This document shows positions 48,627-61,600 of a stretch of DNA of 64,000 nt, piece by piece; the stretch's first letter is position 1, and each line of letters opens with the position of its first letter. The stretch is from NCBI GenBank assembly GCA_963924565.1, contig OZ004607.1:11718001-11782000 (forward strand). The letters run 5' to 3'. The position numbers and the translations under genes were made by a program. The notes beneath the pieces are model-generated. The model had not been told where the DNA came from and searched no databases. It saw nothing but the letters and a program-made list of their open reading frames with translations. Source of the stretch: Ascidiella aspersa. Taxonomy: Eukaryota.

Positions 48627-50519
48627 TAAATTGTCCCGACAGATTATTAAACAACGATTCACTTTGTTTCTTCAAGAATTGCTCGCGCTATACGCCTGTT
48701 CTTTGGTGGTCCTTGTTTGCATGTTGCCGGTATGCATTGCGTGAGCCTTGCTGGTGGAAAAACGTGGCACCAAGTAACTTAATTCAACCTTTACCATTTT
48801 AAACTTGTTAAGCAAACGTCTGTACGTTTTTATACCCTTCGTATGTGAACAATTTTAAGCAGTCCTTAACACTTTTCCACACTGTTTTTTATATGAAAAA
48901 TAAGTTTTCCTTTCTAAGTTCTCGTAAACAAGCCACAAAGGTACAACCCGAACAGTGAACTCACACCATCAGTGTTCGTCTCCGGGTGTAACTTTTGTAC
49001 AACCAAGTCGCTTTCCAAATCGCTGTCCGTCTGCTTTTTTATAACGACGACCGATTTTTAAACATTAGCGTCCGTCTTCAGCCCATTATTTGAAAACTGT
49101 TTTATAGAAAATGCTTACAGCGTAGGAAAAAAACAAATACCCAAGTCTATTTCACTTTGATAAGTTAATGCCCATTGTCTTCACCCACTCCGTAAATTTA
49201 TTAATCTATTGCATTTTACACTATGTTCAAAGACGCTTTTAACTTAAAATACTACTTTTCTTTTATGCTTTCTGCTTGTTACCTTTTCACTTTTATACCT
49301 TATATAACATAGAGTGTTGCTCTCTTTTTCTATTTCATACGGTTTTTGCCAAATTCTGTTGGTTGGTGTTTATACTGCCTTGTATTAAATATGCCCAAAG
49401 TTTACCAGTAAAACAATATCTTTCTTTCGTGAAAGTTTACTGGTCATCCACAATCAAATATACCTTTTAAACAACTTTCAAAAACTCCATCAATAAAAAT
49501 AATGCCTAGGTCCATCAAGCTGATTATACAATGTATGGTTATTGTATTTATTGTAACCATTAAATTCTTACTAAAGCTAAGCAAGCCGACTTGACTTTTC
49601 TTTTCAATGTTTTATTTGTATTTCAAGGGTAGCTTTTTCATCTGCATGACCGGCCATATTTTCTATTATTGCCTCAAAAATCGATTACTTGAAATTGAAT
49701 TCCCCTGACTCTAGCTAGCCTTGTTTTTGTACTATTGTAAACGAGCGGTGCCCAAGTTTTTCAGTCAAAAGTTCCTCATAGATTCCGCTTTTAAAATCTT
49801 TAGGTTCAGATAAATATATTTTACTTATACTTTTGGCAAGACCCGCAAAATTAATCGGCCTTTTATCAGTTAAAAGTTGATCCGACATGTGTTGTTACTT
49901 GGCATTGGTTTTTCACGCTTATAAACAAATTCAGTTTATTATTCCCTAATTGGAAAGTCCATTGATTGCTGAACCTCTTTTCACTGTGCCCTTGTGAGCT
50001 TTTAAATAATACTATTATGTTTTATGCAAAACATTTATCTGTTTTTTATGCTGTTTCCAGATTTATGATGTACAAAAACGTAAACAAATATGATCGTTTT
50101 TACCAAGGAAATAAACAAGTGTATTACTTTTACTTAAAACGTGCCTTCCTTGCATATAATCAACGATCAGTTGTTTTATAATGCTTTGTTGTGGTAGATT
50201 TAAAATTATTAATGTACGTGGTTTGGCAGGGTTACCATATTTTCGAAGCTTAAGTTTTGGCACCGGATTTTTTTCCTGTTTGGGGATATTGGTGGGTAAT
50301 GGATTGGCTTGGAAAATGGGTTTGTGTTGAAACAATTAGGGAAGTTAGTTATGTACTTTGGGGTGGGGTTTTGGGTTAGATAAAGTGTGTTTAGGTCTGA
50401 TGACCTTTAGGGTCTTGTTATAACGGATTTAGGACTTATTTCGATTTAAGCGGTAATAATACCATTATGTGTTAGTCATATTTTGTCCTTATTCCGAATT
50501 GTGTTTTATTCTGATGTGG

Positions 50520-50800
50520 GTGTTGTTGTCAAACTGTGACGTCATACTGGAGTGCACTTTTTAAAAGGATTGTAATCAGTTAAGGATTAGGTTTATCCCA
50601 GGCATATACGTTCTCCTTTAGGTTTGACTTCTTAAAATCTTACGAAAAACCATATGGAATCGATTAAGGTTAGTACAAAATCAGTTTAAAACTACTTCAT
50701 AATGATCTGTTGCGGGTTCGGTCGGAGTTTCTGTTTTAAAGTTCAAGAGCCTCTGGTGAAAAAGTTGCAAAATTTGGCGGGAAATTGTACTTGTCGGAAA
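50520..50800 (+). promoter_or_regulatory. Probable NAP1L1 promoter (CRE and E2F sites)
   Basis: TGACGTCA at 50537-50544 and TTTGGCGGGAAA at 50773-50784. CpG depletion begins downstream. An acceptor (tttttacag) ending at 55557 implies a non-coding first exon or an outron upstream. Confidence 0.45.
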
Positions 50801-51161
50801 ACTAAGTTTACTGTTAATACAAAACTTGGAGAAAAATACTTACTTTTCGCAAAATAGCGAAAAAACACACATATTATGTGATTTGTATAGAATTTATGTC
50901 AAATTAACCATTTATAATGCTAAACGGGCTTATTTTATATTGTTTTATTGCAAAATTTTCGGTTTAATGCGGAGCTGTCATAGGATTTATGCTACAAGAG
51001 GGAGATTTTATATTCTTCCACATGTTGCATTTGGGTGACTTTCGTTGTTCAGACACTAGTTCTGTTTATGTTATATGTTATATGTTTAAAACCTTTAAAT
51101 ATTATGAGACTGTTAAGTGTTACAGAGTGCCCGACCCTTAGTTAGACTGAATTAAAACATT

Positions 51162-51395
51162 TAGGCGCTTCGTCGATTTGTTACGTAATACGTATAGAAA
51201 GTAACGCAAAAAATGTCTCTAGAAAATACCGCAAAGCACATTGGTTGCGGGTTAGGTGGGTCAAGCAATATTGTTAATAATAAATATAATAATACTAAAC
51301 CCACCCACACCTAAAAGGCATCGACACCCTAACCCAAATAATTGCGTTGCGCTATTTGTAGATCGTTTTTTTTTGCGTTACTTTCTAAAGAGCCC
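51162..51395. mobile_element. Palindromic MITE family A (GGGTCAAG...CTAACCCAAATAAT core)
   Basis: Internal inverted repeat TAGAAAGTAACGCAAAAAA / TTTTTTGCGTTACTTTCTA. Related copies lie at ~46205-46460 and ~35686-35795. Confidence 0.7.
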
Positions 51396-51665
51396 TTCAC
51401 CCATTTCTGAATATATAATAAGCAGTTTAATACAGTAGAAGATTTGATTTTTATAAGGATATTTAGACTAACTTGTTGTCTTTAATTTTAAACAGGTGGC
51501 AGAATCTTGCCAGTCTTATGGTGTCCAGCATTTTTGGCCCAAATTCTTCGTTTTTTTGCATATCCTAATGAATGTAGAAACTTTATTTTTCAACCTTTTA
51601 GTAGAGCACCCTGAAAAACATCTAACCGGAACCCAAAATATGTGGGACAACTATATATACTATGG

Positions 51666-52952
51666 CAGGGGTTCTTAACCTTTTTTCCCTTATTACCCAT
51701 TTCTGTCAGATGAAAGTCCTTTTACCCAAAATCTAATTTCTTTTATTTTGTAATACTAAAAATATAAAACAGCGTTATTCAACAAAATATTGCTTGCTCG
51801 TCTCAACACTAACTCCCTAAATGTATACTTAGCTATTCTGCTCCAAACAACTTCACTAAGCAGGGTTGTTCCTAAGCAAAAATTTACACTCGCCAGGCAG
51901 GCGAGTGGCTATCAATCACCACTCGCCTGGACGAAATAACAATCACCAAATTTGTTGGCATACCGTCTACAAATTTCCATCCAAGCGCGGTAATTTTTGG
52001 GGTTATCGTTAATCTGACTTGTGGTTTTTATACGTAAACATTAGTTTTTATAAAGTCTGGTCATTTATTTCCATGCATGGATAAACAAATTAATGACAAA
52101 CAAAGCACTTGACGCTTAAAGCAATGTTTATTAGCGGAATATTTCTTACAATCTTTAGTGAAAAAAAACCCTGACATTTTATTAGCTACGGCCTGCCTGT
52201 TTTCCATTTATCTAAAAATCCTTGCGCTATCTTTTTTTCGTATTCTGGTTTTTCTGTTCCTAAAGGAGGTTCTCCGCAGGTTATTTTACGCCAGGAACAA
52301 AACGCAACATTTCACCTAACACTATAGTTGCTGGATCAATTAAACAAATACAAAAAAGTAGAATTATTATCCTAAGTACATCGTAAGTCCAATAAACATT
52401 TCCAACGACTGGGTTAAACATTTAAAAATTAAAAATGTTTAAGGTAAAAAATAAACCAAAAATAAAAGTGTTTGATTGTTACGATTTTTCTAAAACGCGA
52501 CAAAGTCTCACTGAAGTCACTCACCAGTCGGACGAGGTGTCAATTTGCACTCGCATTGGCAAGCGGGCAAGTGCTTAAGCCCAACCCTGCTAAGAATACC
52601 TTAAATAAACACTAAACGGCAACGCATCCGTCAAGCTTGCTTATAAAACAGCTGTAACGGAACTGATCATGAAATAATAGCTAGGCTAGCAGATACACAA
52701 AAAATCTTACTGTTGGTAAAAGTGGCAACAAAAATGATCACTATGACAAAACAATTCTAAAAATAATAAAATATCACTGTGCTTGTTTGGTTGTTTTGAA
52801 CGAACTCAAAACATTAAATGAAGTGTAAGTAATAGAGAAGCTTTAGCACTTACACCTTTGAAATTGTTGGTTACATCTATAATTCTAAATATTCTGGTTC
52901 AGCTGATTACCCACCTCCTATCCTGGAATTACCCATAGGTTAAGAACCGCTG
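51666..52952. mobile_element. hAT-type MITE carrying a nested insertion
   Basis: TIRs CAGGGGTTCTTAACC / GGTTAAGAACCGCTG and a perfect 8-bp TSD TACTATGG (51658-51665, 52953-52960). Confidence 0.9.
51861..52589. mobile_element. Nested non-autonomous element with a 5-bp TSD (hAT5-like)
   Basis: Termini CAGGGTTG / CAACCCTG and a 5-bp TSD CTAAG (51856-51860, 52590-52594). Subterminal CACTCGCC/GGCGAGTG-type motifs occur at both ends. Confidence 0.8.
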
Positions 52953-55039
52953 TACTATGGCATGTTGCACTGTGTGACTTGTAACCTCAGCAAACAATTT
53001 CTGTTAAATTAGCAAAACAAATCAGCAAACAATTTCTGTTAAAAACCTAATATTTTGCCAATATAGTTGGTACAATACAACTCTACACAATGGTCAAGCA
53101 AATTTTGTCCTGTTTTTTAAAACACTGTTGTGTTTCAGTTCCAAGGCCAACACACTTGGGAATGCTACTTTTGTAACTTATAAAGGGAATTGCAAACTCT
53201 GCAACTGATGTTGCATGTTGGTGGCTCGCCCAATAATGCTTGTTTGACACTTAATTATTAGACAAAGGTTATTGCAAGTAATTAATCACCCCAAAAAACG
53301 CTGACACTGCACTACATGCCTTCATTTAAATCATGTGGTATAAATGTACAGGCCTTAATCCAAACTTGCCACCCGCGAACGCACAATTAGGTGCAACCAT
53401 CTGCGGTAAAAAAAAAAAGTATAGCGGTTCCAATCACCCGAGATGAACGGCAAAATTTAAATCCAATTTGGATTTGAATCTAAGGATTCAGTATTCTATA
53501 ATAAACATCCCTAGCCATGGCCCATAGATTGGAAGCCCCATCGTTGTTAATACAGTATTTTTAAATGACTTAAATACAGTTTATATTAATTTTTGAGCGA
53601 TTTTGACTTGAAATAATTTTTACAACTACTCGGACCTTTATCAAAGTGGGATTGTAGTTATTGAGACTAAAAATTAGTCTAAGATCGCTGTTGGATTATG
53701 TCTCTGTTAAAAACTTTTGACAATTATACCAAATAAATGCTTAATTGTGCCCAGTTAAAGGATTCCAGTAGGAACCAGACCAGTGATACAACGTTATCAG
53801 CCATTTGGCCAAAGTAACTTTGGAGTTATGCCTTTGTTATTTTTATGATCAGATTCAGACTCATGTTGTTTTTAGCTCACTCTGTTGCCCTCCAAAAAAA
53901 TGCCCAAATGAGCTACTCATTTGTGTTTTGCATTTTGTTGGTAATCCTTTTAAGAAAATTATATTTACGTGTGAGTTTTTAGCAAGAGTGCTAATTTAAG
54001 TTGAGACTTTTTGGTAATGGAATGAATTCTATCCATTTTATATGAACGTTTCCTTTTGCAAAAAATAAGCAGAACCAAAAAACAAAATGATAATGTAAAT
54101 CTGCAAAATAAATTTGTCTACTTTTTCGCTGTTACTTTGCTAAATTTTATCCAAAAAGAAGTTAAGTATTGTTTAAAAAAATTCATTCCAAATGTTGCTT
54201 TGTCCTCCAATTGTGCAGATTAATATATGCTAGCTCTACCTTGACATTTGTGCTAGTGAAGTTTTTTTCTAGATATCCATTAGTCATTATAATGATCGAT
54301 AAAGGGAAATTCCTGAACTCAGTTTAGGAAAACAATGATCACCCACATGCATTAAAGAAATGCCAATCTTGCCTTCAAGGAAGTTGTAAGACCACATACT
54401 GAAGTCATTTTTAATTGAGCGACAACATATCAATCTGAATATTTCTTGCCAGTCTGCATTCTGTGTCTGGTACAAACTTAAAATAAGGAAATTGTGTGCA
54501 CACCTCAATCTGGTAATTGAACACCTAAATTTAGTAAATATGTTAGGTTATGATGGAATTTAAAGTTCATGTGTCCATTAAACCAAAGTTTAATTTGATT
54601 GCACAGGTTTGGTGTGTACAACAGCATTTTTAAACTTTTATTTTTAAGTATTTTGTGTGCACACCTGAATTAGTGCCCCAAAAAATTATGACCATAAAAA
54701 ATTATTCCTTTAAGGATGACATGTGTCACTATTAAGTCTGTGTGGTACATTACCTAGCTATTGTGCTGTTTTTTAGCAACAGTCATAACTGCTGTCTTTT
54801 AAAGTCCTAAAATTATGGTTATTACGCTTACTTAAATTTCTAAAAAACTTACCAGACACAAAAATAGTAGTTTTAGATAACTTCAAAAATTTGCTGAAAT
54901 GTTAGAAATTAGTACCAAGTTTATAAGGCCTTTCACTTAGACAAGATTTAGTCTTGTTTACAGTGTTCAATAGGGCCTTCTAATTTTCTTTTGATGCAAC
55001 CTTTTGCTGTACCAGCGCATCTGTTTATTCGCATATAAC

Positions 55040-55212
55040 CAAATAAAACTAATAGGCACTGTTTTATTTGCATGTATTTTGAAAATACTGATTTCGGCAC
55101 TTTTTATTCACATGTAGCTTGGCTGCTTCAATAAAACTAATATGGGCACTTCGCACTTATCATTTTTTACATAGCTAGAATGAAACTAATTGCGATACTT
55201 TTCTATTTGCAC
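55040..55212. repeat. Degenerate ~40-50-bp minisatellite, ~4 copies
   Basis: Recurring AATAAAACTAAT...GGCACT..TTTATT motif. Confidence 0.6.
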
Positions 55213-55637
55213 CAAGCTTAAATATATAAAGACATTTGGACACATTTTCGATACTTAAGTAAAAATTGGGTACTAAAAGTGTTATATTTAAATATCCTTG
55301 CAAAACAGTTAACAGGTAGGCTTCAGGAGAGTTTTGGTGTTCAAAATGTTTTTAAACATTTCCGCTTACAAAAACACTGCACTCATTTTTTTTCAAGTTT
55401 GCATTATTGGTTGAATGAATTTTGATAGGTTATGATTCCAAACTTTAGGGTCCCTGTACACCTAAAAAGTTGGCGCTTCACACCCAAGATCTTGACAAAA
55501 ACTACCATGAAATGTAAATGGTATTGTCAGCAACACAAGTGTGTCCATTTTTTACAGGTTTGATACATAGTGTGGTCTGCAACCAAAGGCAGATTTTTTT
55601 GTAAAGTTACCGATTTTTGCACACACACAAAATAATA

Positions 55638-58600
55638 ATGTCAGCTGGCGATGCAGACACAAGTACCAATGTGGCCAAGGAGGAAGATGAGGGAAAGGTT
55701 GAAACAGAAGAAGTTCAAGCATCTATCCCATCCGGTAAGTTAAATACCGCAGTAGCTGATAAATTTAACTAGTTTAATTTTTTTAAATTGATTACGTATC
55801 CTGTTCTACGGCAAATAATTTATCAAACTACCAAACATAGCTAGCTAATATGAAAACTATTTTGCTTACTCTATGATAGTACACCTCTATTCAATTTAGA
55901 TGGATTCTGGTGTAAGTTGTATTTTTGCTTATAAATATTTGTCTTTTCACAGCCAGTCAAATCACTTCGGAAATGATGCAAAACCCTCAAGTGCTTGCTG
56001 CATTACAGCAACGATTGGACAGTATTGTAGGGACCCCTTCAGGATATATAGACAGGTTTGTAAACAATTTATGCAGTAAATTGAAAAATAGGAATATCTG
56101 CAGATTTTGTTTCAAGTTATTTTTTAGTTTCAACAATAGTAATAATGTATGTAATAAATTTTAGAATAGGAATTATAGTTTAAAGAAATTGTATGATAAT
56201 AATATAAACCAATTGTATAAGTTGCCAAATTAAAAAAGGTGCTTTTTATAGTTATTTTAACACCTTGATTTGACATGTAAAAATATTAGTTGGGTCTTTT
56301 ATTTTGCAACTATTGGACTGTAAACACAATGAACAATATAAAAAATATTTATTTTGTATTTTGTTAAACACGCAGTCAAGTACAATAATGAATATGTAAG
56401 TTTTATCATAGGTTACGTATAGCAATGCAAGAATAGACATCAAATTTATTTTCTTTTTTTATACAACATAAAATAAAATTAAGTTTATTCCTCTCTTTTT
56501 TCAAGTCCTCTTGAATGTATTTTTTAAACATAGTTGATTGTACTTTAAACACCCTTGTTCATAAAGGTGACTGGTAATAGAAACTTTTAATATTTTAATG
56601 TATTTGCAATTTATAGCTTGCCAAAGGTGATAAAGCGTAGAATCCATGCCTTAAAGAACTTGCAAGTAAAGTCAACAAAAATTGAAGCCCAGTTTTACGA
56701 GGAAGTCCATGAACTGGAAAGAAAGTACAGCGAACTTTACAAACCGGTTTTTGACAAGGTACACAATATTGCTATCCATTTGTAAAAGGGTTAACTTTAA
56801 CTCTAATCCATGGGTCCTTATCCTTCTACAATATTAAATAAATGTTTATCATATATTTTGGCAACAAAAGAAGGTACTTGAGATAACATATATTTGTTTT
56901 ATATACTGGTTTTACCTAAAGTTGTCATTGCGAAACATAATGCAAGATTTTGTACTACAAAAAACGTGCTGTTTTTCTTCCAGCATTTAAGGGAAAACAT
57001 GTCTAAAAGTTGCTTAGATTTAATTTAAGCCGATAAAAAGATTAAATTTAAGCCAAATAAAGTGTTTAGATAAGAATTTATATAAAGAAGTAATGCTTTA
57101 AAACCCCAAGTTTTACAAAGATTAACAACTTGTATTTTAATAAAATGGGGAAGCATAAATTAATTTCATTTTAAAATTAGCCTGGCATAATTTGAAAACT
57201 CCATCGCCCGGACAAAACATGATTTTCCATAACACCATGAGTCACGATTGTGTTGGCAAAAGGTCAATTACATGATTAAAGTTGATGGGTGGCCTGTTTA
57301 ATAATTATTGCTTCTGGCACATCCTAAATAAATATTTTTGACTACCTTTTTATTTTGTAAGTGAATGTGACTACCTTTGAAATTCGAGAATCTACAAAAG
57401 TAATTCTAGGCTTTTAAAATTACTCTTTTAATATTCCTGAAGACTTGTATTAAATCTTTGTGTATGCTTTTAGCGGCATGTCATTGTCAGTGGCAGTTAT
57501 GAGCCTACTGACGAGGAGTGTGAATGGGAAAGCGAGGCTGAAGAAGAAGATGATGAAAAAATTAAAGAAGTCACAGACTCGGAGGTTAGAGCTTCATTTT
57601 ATAATTTTGGAAAAACGTGATTATTTAGTGGGCCTTTCTATTTAAAGTATTTTTCAAATTTTAAATACTCAAGTTAAATTTATTTCATTATTTTAATATT
57701 ATGTATTTTCCAATATGTTGAATATATATATATATATCTATATATAACTCTTTCATGGAAATCTCATGCAATTATTGTGACCAGTCATTGAACCCAAAAG
57801 TAGAATCTCCAATTTGTTTGTTGTGACAGTTGACGTTACATGTATCATGTCTTAATATAACCGGTAACCAGACTGCCACGTAGACAATTCAATGTATAAC
57901 CTGACCTTTCCCTTCCACTTTTTTTCCCAGGAAAAAGATCAGGCCCAAGCTAAGATAGATGAAGAAGATGAAGGTAATACTTGAAACCTGAAACCTAAAA
58001 CCTAAAAGAGTTTTATCTGATTGCTTGAAAGAGAACATTTAATTTAGTTAAAGTGGAATAGTTGTAAAACCTTAAGCCAATCAAAAAAAAAAAAATGTAA
58101 TGACTATCTGCCAATGTTTTATTGATTTTTTTTCGTGCCAAACTTTTTTACAATAAAGACACTTTTACCAAAGTATAAATGCACAATAATTAACATGTGA
58201 TGCTTATTTATTTTTATATGTTGAAATAAAAATGCTGATTTTGTGATTTTTTGTAGAAAACCCACAAGGCATCCCTGAGTTTTGGCTGACTATTTTTAAG
58301 AATGTGACTATCCTCCAAGACATGGTACAAGAGCACGATGAACCAGTATTAACTAAACTTGTTGATATCAGGGTCACATACTCAACTACAGATGAGCCAA
58401 TGGTAAGATTTTAGTGGTTTGTAAAGCACTGATTTTAAGTTTAATGTCTTTTGATGCAATCTAATTTAATAGTGTGCACATTTTACATAACAAAATGCAA
58501 CTTAATTTGCCCATCATTCCAACTAGATAGCAAGGCAATGTGTAAATATCATGTTAGATAATGACATGTATGAGTTGTCATGCTTAGTAGGCATATAAGG

Positions 58601-61600
58601 CTTGCATACTTTCTGCTTGTTTGCACTGTTATTTTAGGAAATTGCTGAAAGATATTCACAATCCTTAACACCCGACAAACTATATATAAATGTTTCAATA
58701 TTATTAATTTGTAATGGATTATGCGTATTTAAGTCTAAAATGCTTGCGTTTGTGGCCGTATGCCTATTGGTAACACTAATAACTAATATTTTTTCCAAAT
58801 TTACTGAACAACTTGAAAATCTCTGAGGCACACTAGTGTGTTGTGGCACACAGCTTGGGAATCACTGCTTTAGAGGCAATATATAAGTTTAGTAACATTT
58901 AAGGGTTGTTGGTTATAACTTTATAAAGTTTATTTATGTTAACTAATTTTGATGTTAATTTGATTGTAAAACTTGCAGGGCTTTACTTTGGAGTTTGTTT
59001 TTGATTCCAATTCATACTTTACCAATTCCTCGTTGACGAAATACTACAAGTTGCAATCACAGCCTGATGAAAAAGAACCATTCTCATTTGAAGGCCCTGA
59101 AATTGTTTACTGTAAAGGGTGAGTTTTGTTATATCTTTTAAAAGTATTTTATGCATTAATAAATTTAGAATTGCCTTTTTGGAACTGCCATGTTCAGCTA
59201 TGTAAAAAAATTCACGATATGCAATTTTTTTTCTCCCATGGCAAACTGAATTAGTGTGCACTGTTTGTTGCTTTGTCTAAAAAAGGAAGTGACACTGTCA
59301 TGTGATGCGCTACAACACAATGCACTAGGGAAATACACTGGACAGGAATGCCTTGCAAGTTGGTTTAATTGTATCTTTCTTGACAATTGCCTGTCAAAAT
59401 GCAATTTGGCACATCCTAGTAAAACATATGTGTTTATTATCTGTTTTCTCTTATTAAATATTAATCACTTTGTCAAAGAAGGTAAAACAGTTAAAATATA
59501 GATACATGACATTTAAGTCTGGAGAATTATTTCTGTTTTAGTGTTAATAGCTCTATTTACAAGCAAGCTTTGTTTTGCAATTTTATTCACAAAAAAAATC
59601 CTTAAAAGTAACATTTTAGGTTAAATTATGTTTGACAGATACAATTCAAAGTATTTTATTTTGCCATACACATTTTTTCATATATACTATTGAACAAACT
59701 ATGCAAGAAATTAGAAATTACAATCGGTATATATACTTATTTAGTACAGCTTAAAGAACATACTTTCAATTGTTGAATTTATAGGTTAAGTTTGTGTTGT
59801 CCTGTTTTTACATTAAGTTTATTAACAAATTTTTTTAGCGAAATGATTTAAGACAGTAGTTTTGTTTAAACATATCAAATCACATCACTACAATTTTATA
59901 TTCTAATTAAAGTTCAACACTTGCTTACCCAGAAAAAGACATCTTTGAAATACAATTTATTTTCTGAAAGAATGTGCTCTGTAGGCGTTTTATACGTTAG
60001 AACCAAATGACTGGTCAGCAGAAGGTTAACCATGCTGTATTTACACCAGGTGCACCATTGACTGGGTCAAAGGGAAGAACCTGACAGTGAAAACGATCAA
60101 GAAAAAACAGAAGCACAAGGGTAGGGGGACAGTACGAACAGTCACCAAACAAGTTGCAAATGACTCATTCTTTAACTTTTTCAACCCACCTGAAGGTTTG
60201 TAGACATTTTTTATAAACAGTAGTAAAATCAGGCATATCTACATATTTATTTTTGGAAAAATACATTGCCAATGCTATATAAAAGTTTAACTGCTTTTAT
60301 AGAGTGTAGTAAATTTTTAGTTCTGGTAAAGGTTGAGTAGATTTAATACACAAAATAACAGTTATACACAGTATATAATTATATACTAGAGAACAAACAC
60401 TTTTTATAGCCGATGTATTTGTTAAATGAGTGACATGATCATGTGCATCAAGAACTGTTAAAAATGTCTTTGTGTTTGTTTCATCTCATGCTATATATAT
60501 TTACTATTTTTCTTCCCAAAAGCTGTTCTATGATATACCGCAACGCATCTAGTTATGTCAGTTGCATTTGAAATTACAACCCAATGCAGCATATTTCAGA
60601 AAAGTAGGATAATAATAGCCTTTGATTTATGTCAGTTTAAAGTTAAACAGATACTTTTTGTTGTTGTTAATTTACATTTATTTATGGTTATTTTTAGTTC
60701 AAGAAGACGACACTGAATTGGTAAGTATTTGTTTTCTTTTTTGTTTTAGGTTAATGTTTTTTTGTGTAAAGTGCACAGGCGACATTTTGTATACTTTATT
60801 ACTGGTGTGGTTTTCAGTATAAAAAAATCACAATTAAGGAGGCCCCCTAACTTTTAAGAAGTATACAGATATATACAGCCTATGTTGATCATTTTAATGT
60901 TTTGGTTGTCGACACACAAACTGTGCTTAAGATGTGAAAGTATTGCTTGGTTTACTTCACTTTCGTTGTACACTAAAACTTGTTGCAAGAAGCTTACAAA
61001 GAGACCATTTCAAAATATTTAGGAATCAGATATGTAAGCCCACCCTCTTGCACATTAGAAATGCCACCTTAGTTGGCAACTACTTCCTTATAGTGTTTAA
61101 AAAAGTATTTTCTTCCTGTTGTGGTCACTAATTTAGACTTGCTTATAACTAATACTAAAAAATACCACATTCATGTTAATGGTTATTTTTATTTATTTGT
61201 AGCCAACCGTAAATGACTTGTTTGAAATATTTTCTTATACATAATCTTAGTAGCCTAGACTTTTAAAAAGTAATGGCACTGTAGCAACATATATATACTC
61301 CATATTTTTGGGACATTTTAATGAATGTTGTAGTTCTTACTGTTTGAAATTATGCATCTTGTGGACGATGTTGTATCTACTTTTTATTAAATAGATGCTG
61401 CTTCTAACCATAATTTTCGTGGGCGTTTTACGATAAGTTGGCACTGAGTTTTAAAAATCTGTAAGACTAAATTGTCTGTTGATACATATATAAATGGGCA
61501 GATTTATATTTGGGTAGGTGGGAATAAAATTTTTTTGAGGTGACAATGAAAAAACTAATCTTTAAAACACCCAGTGTTCTCCAGTCAACTCATGCAATTT

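Noticed and set aside
58470-58620. Second H/ACA snoRNA in NAP1L1 intron 6
   Set aside because: An AGATAA box and a hairpin are present, but there is no ACA at the expected position.
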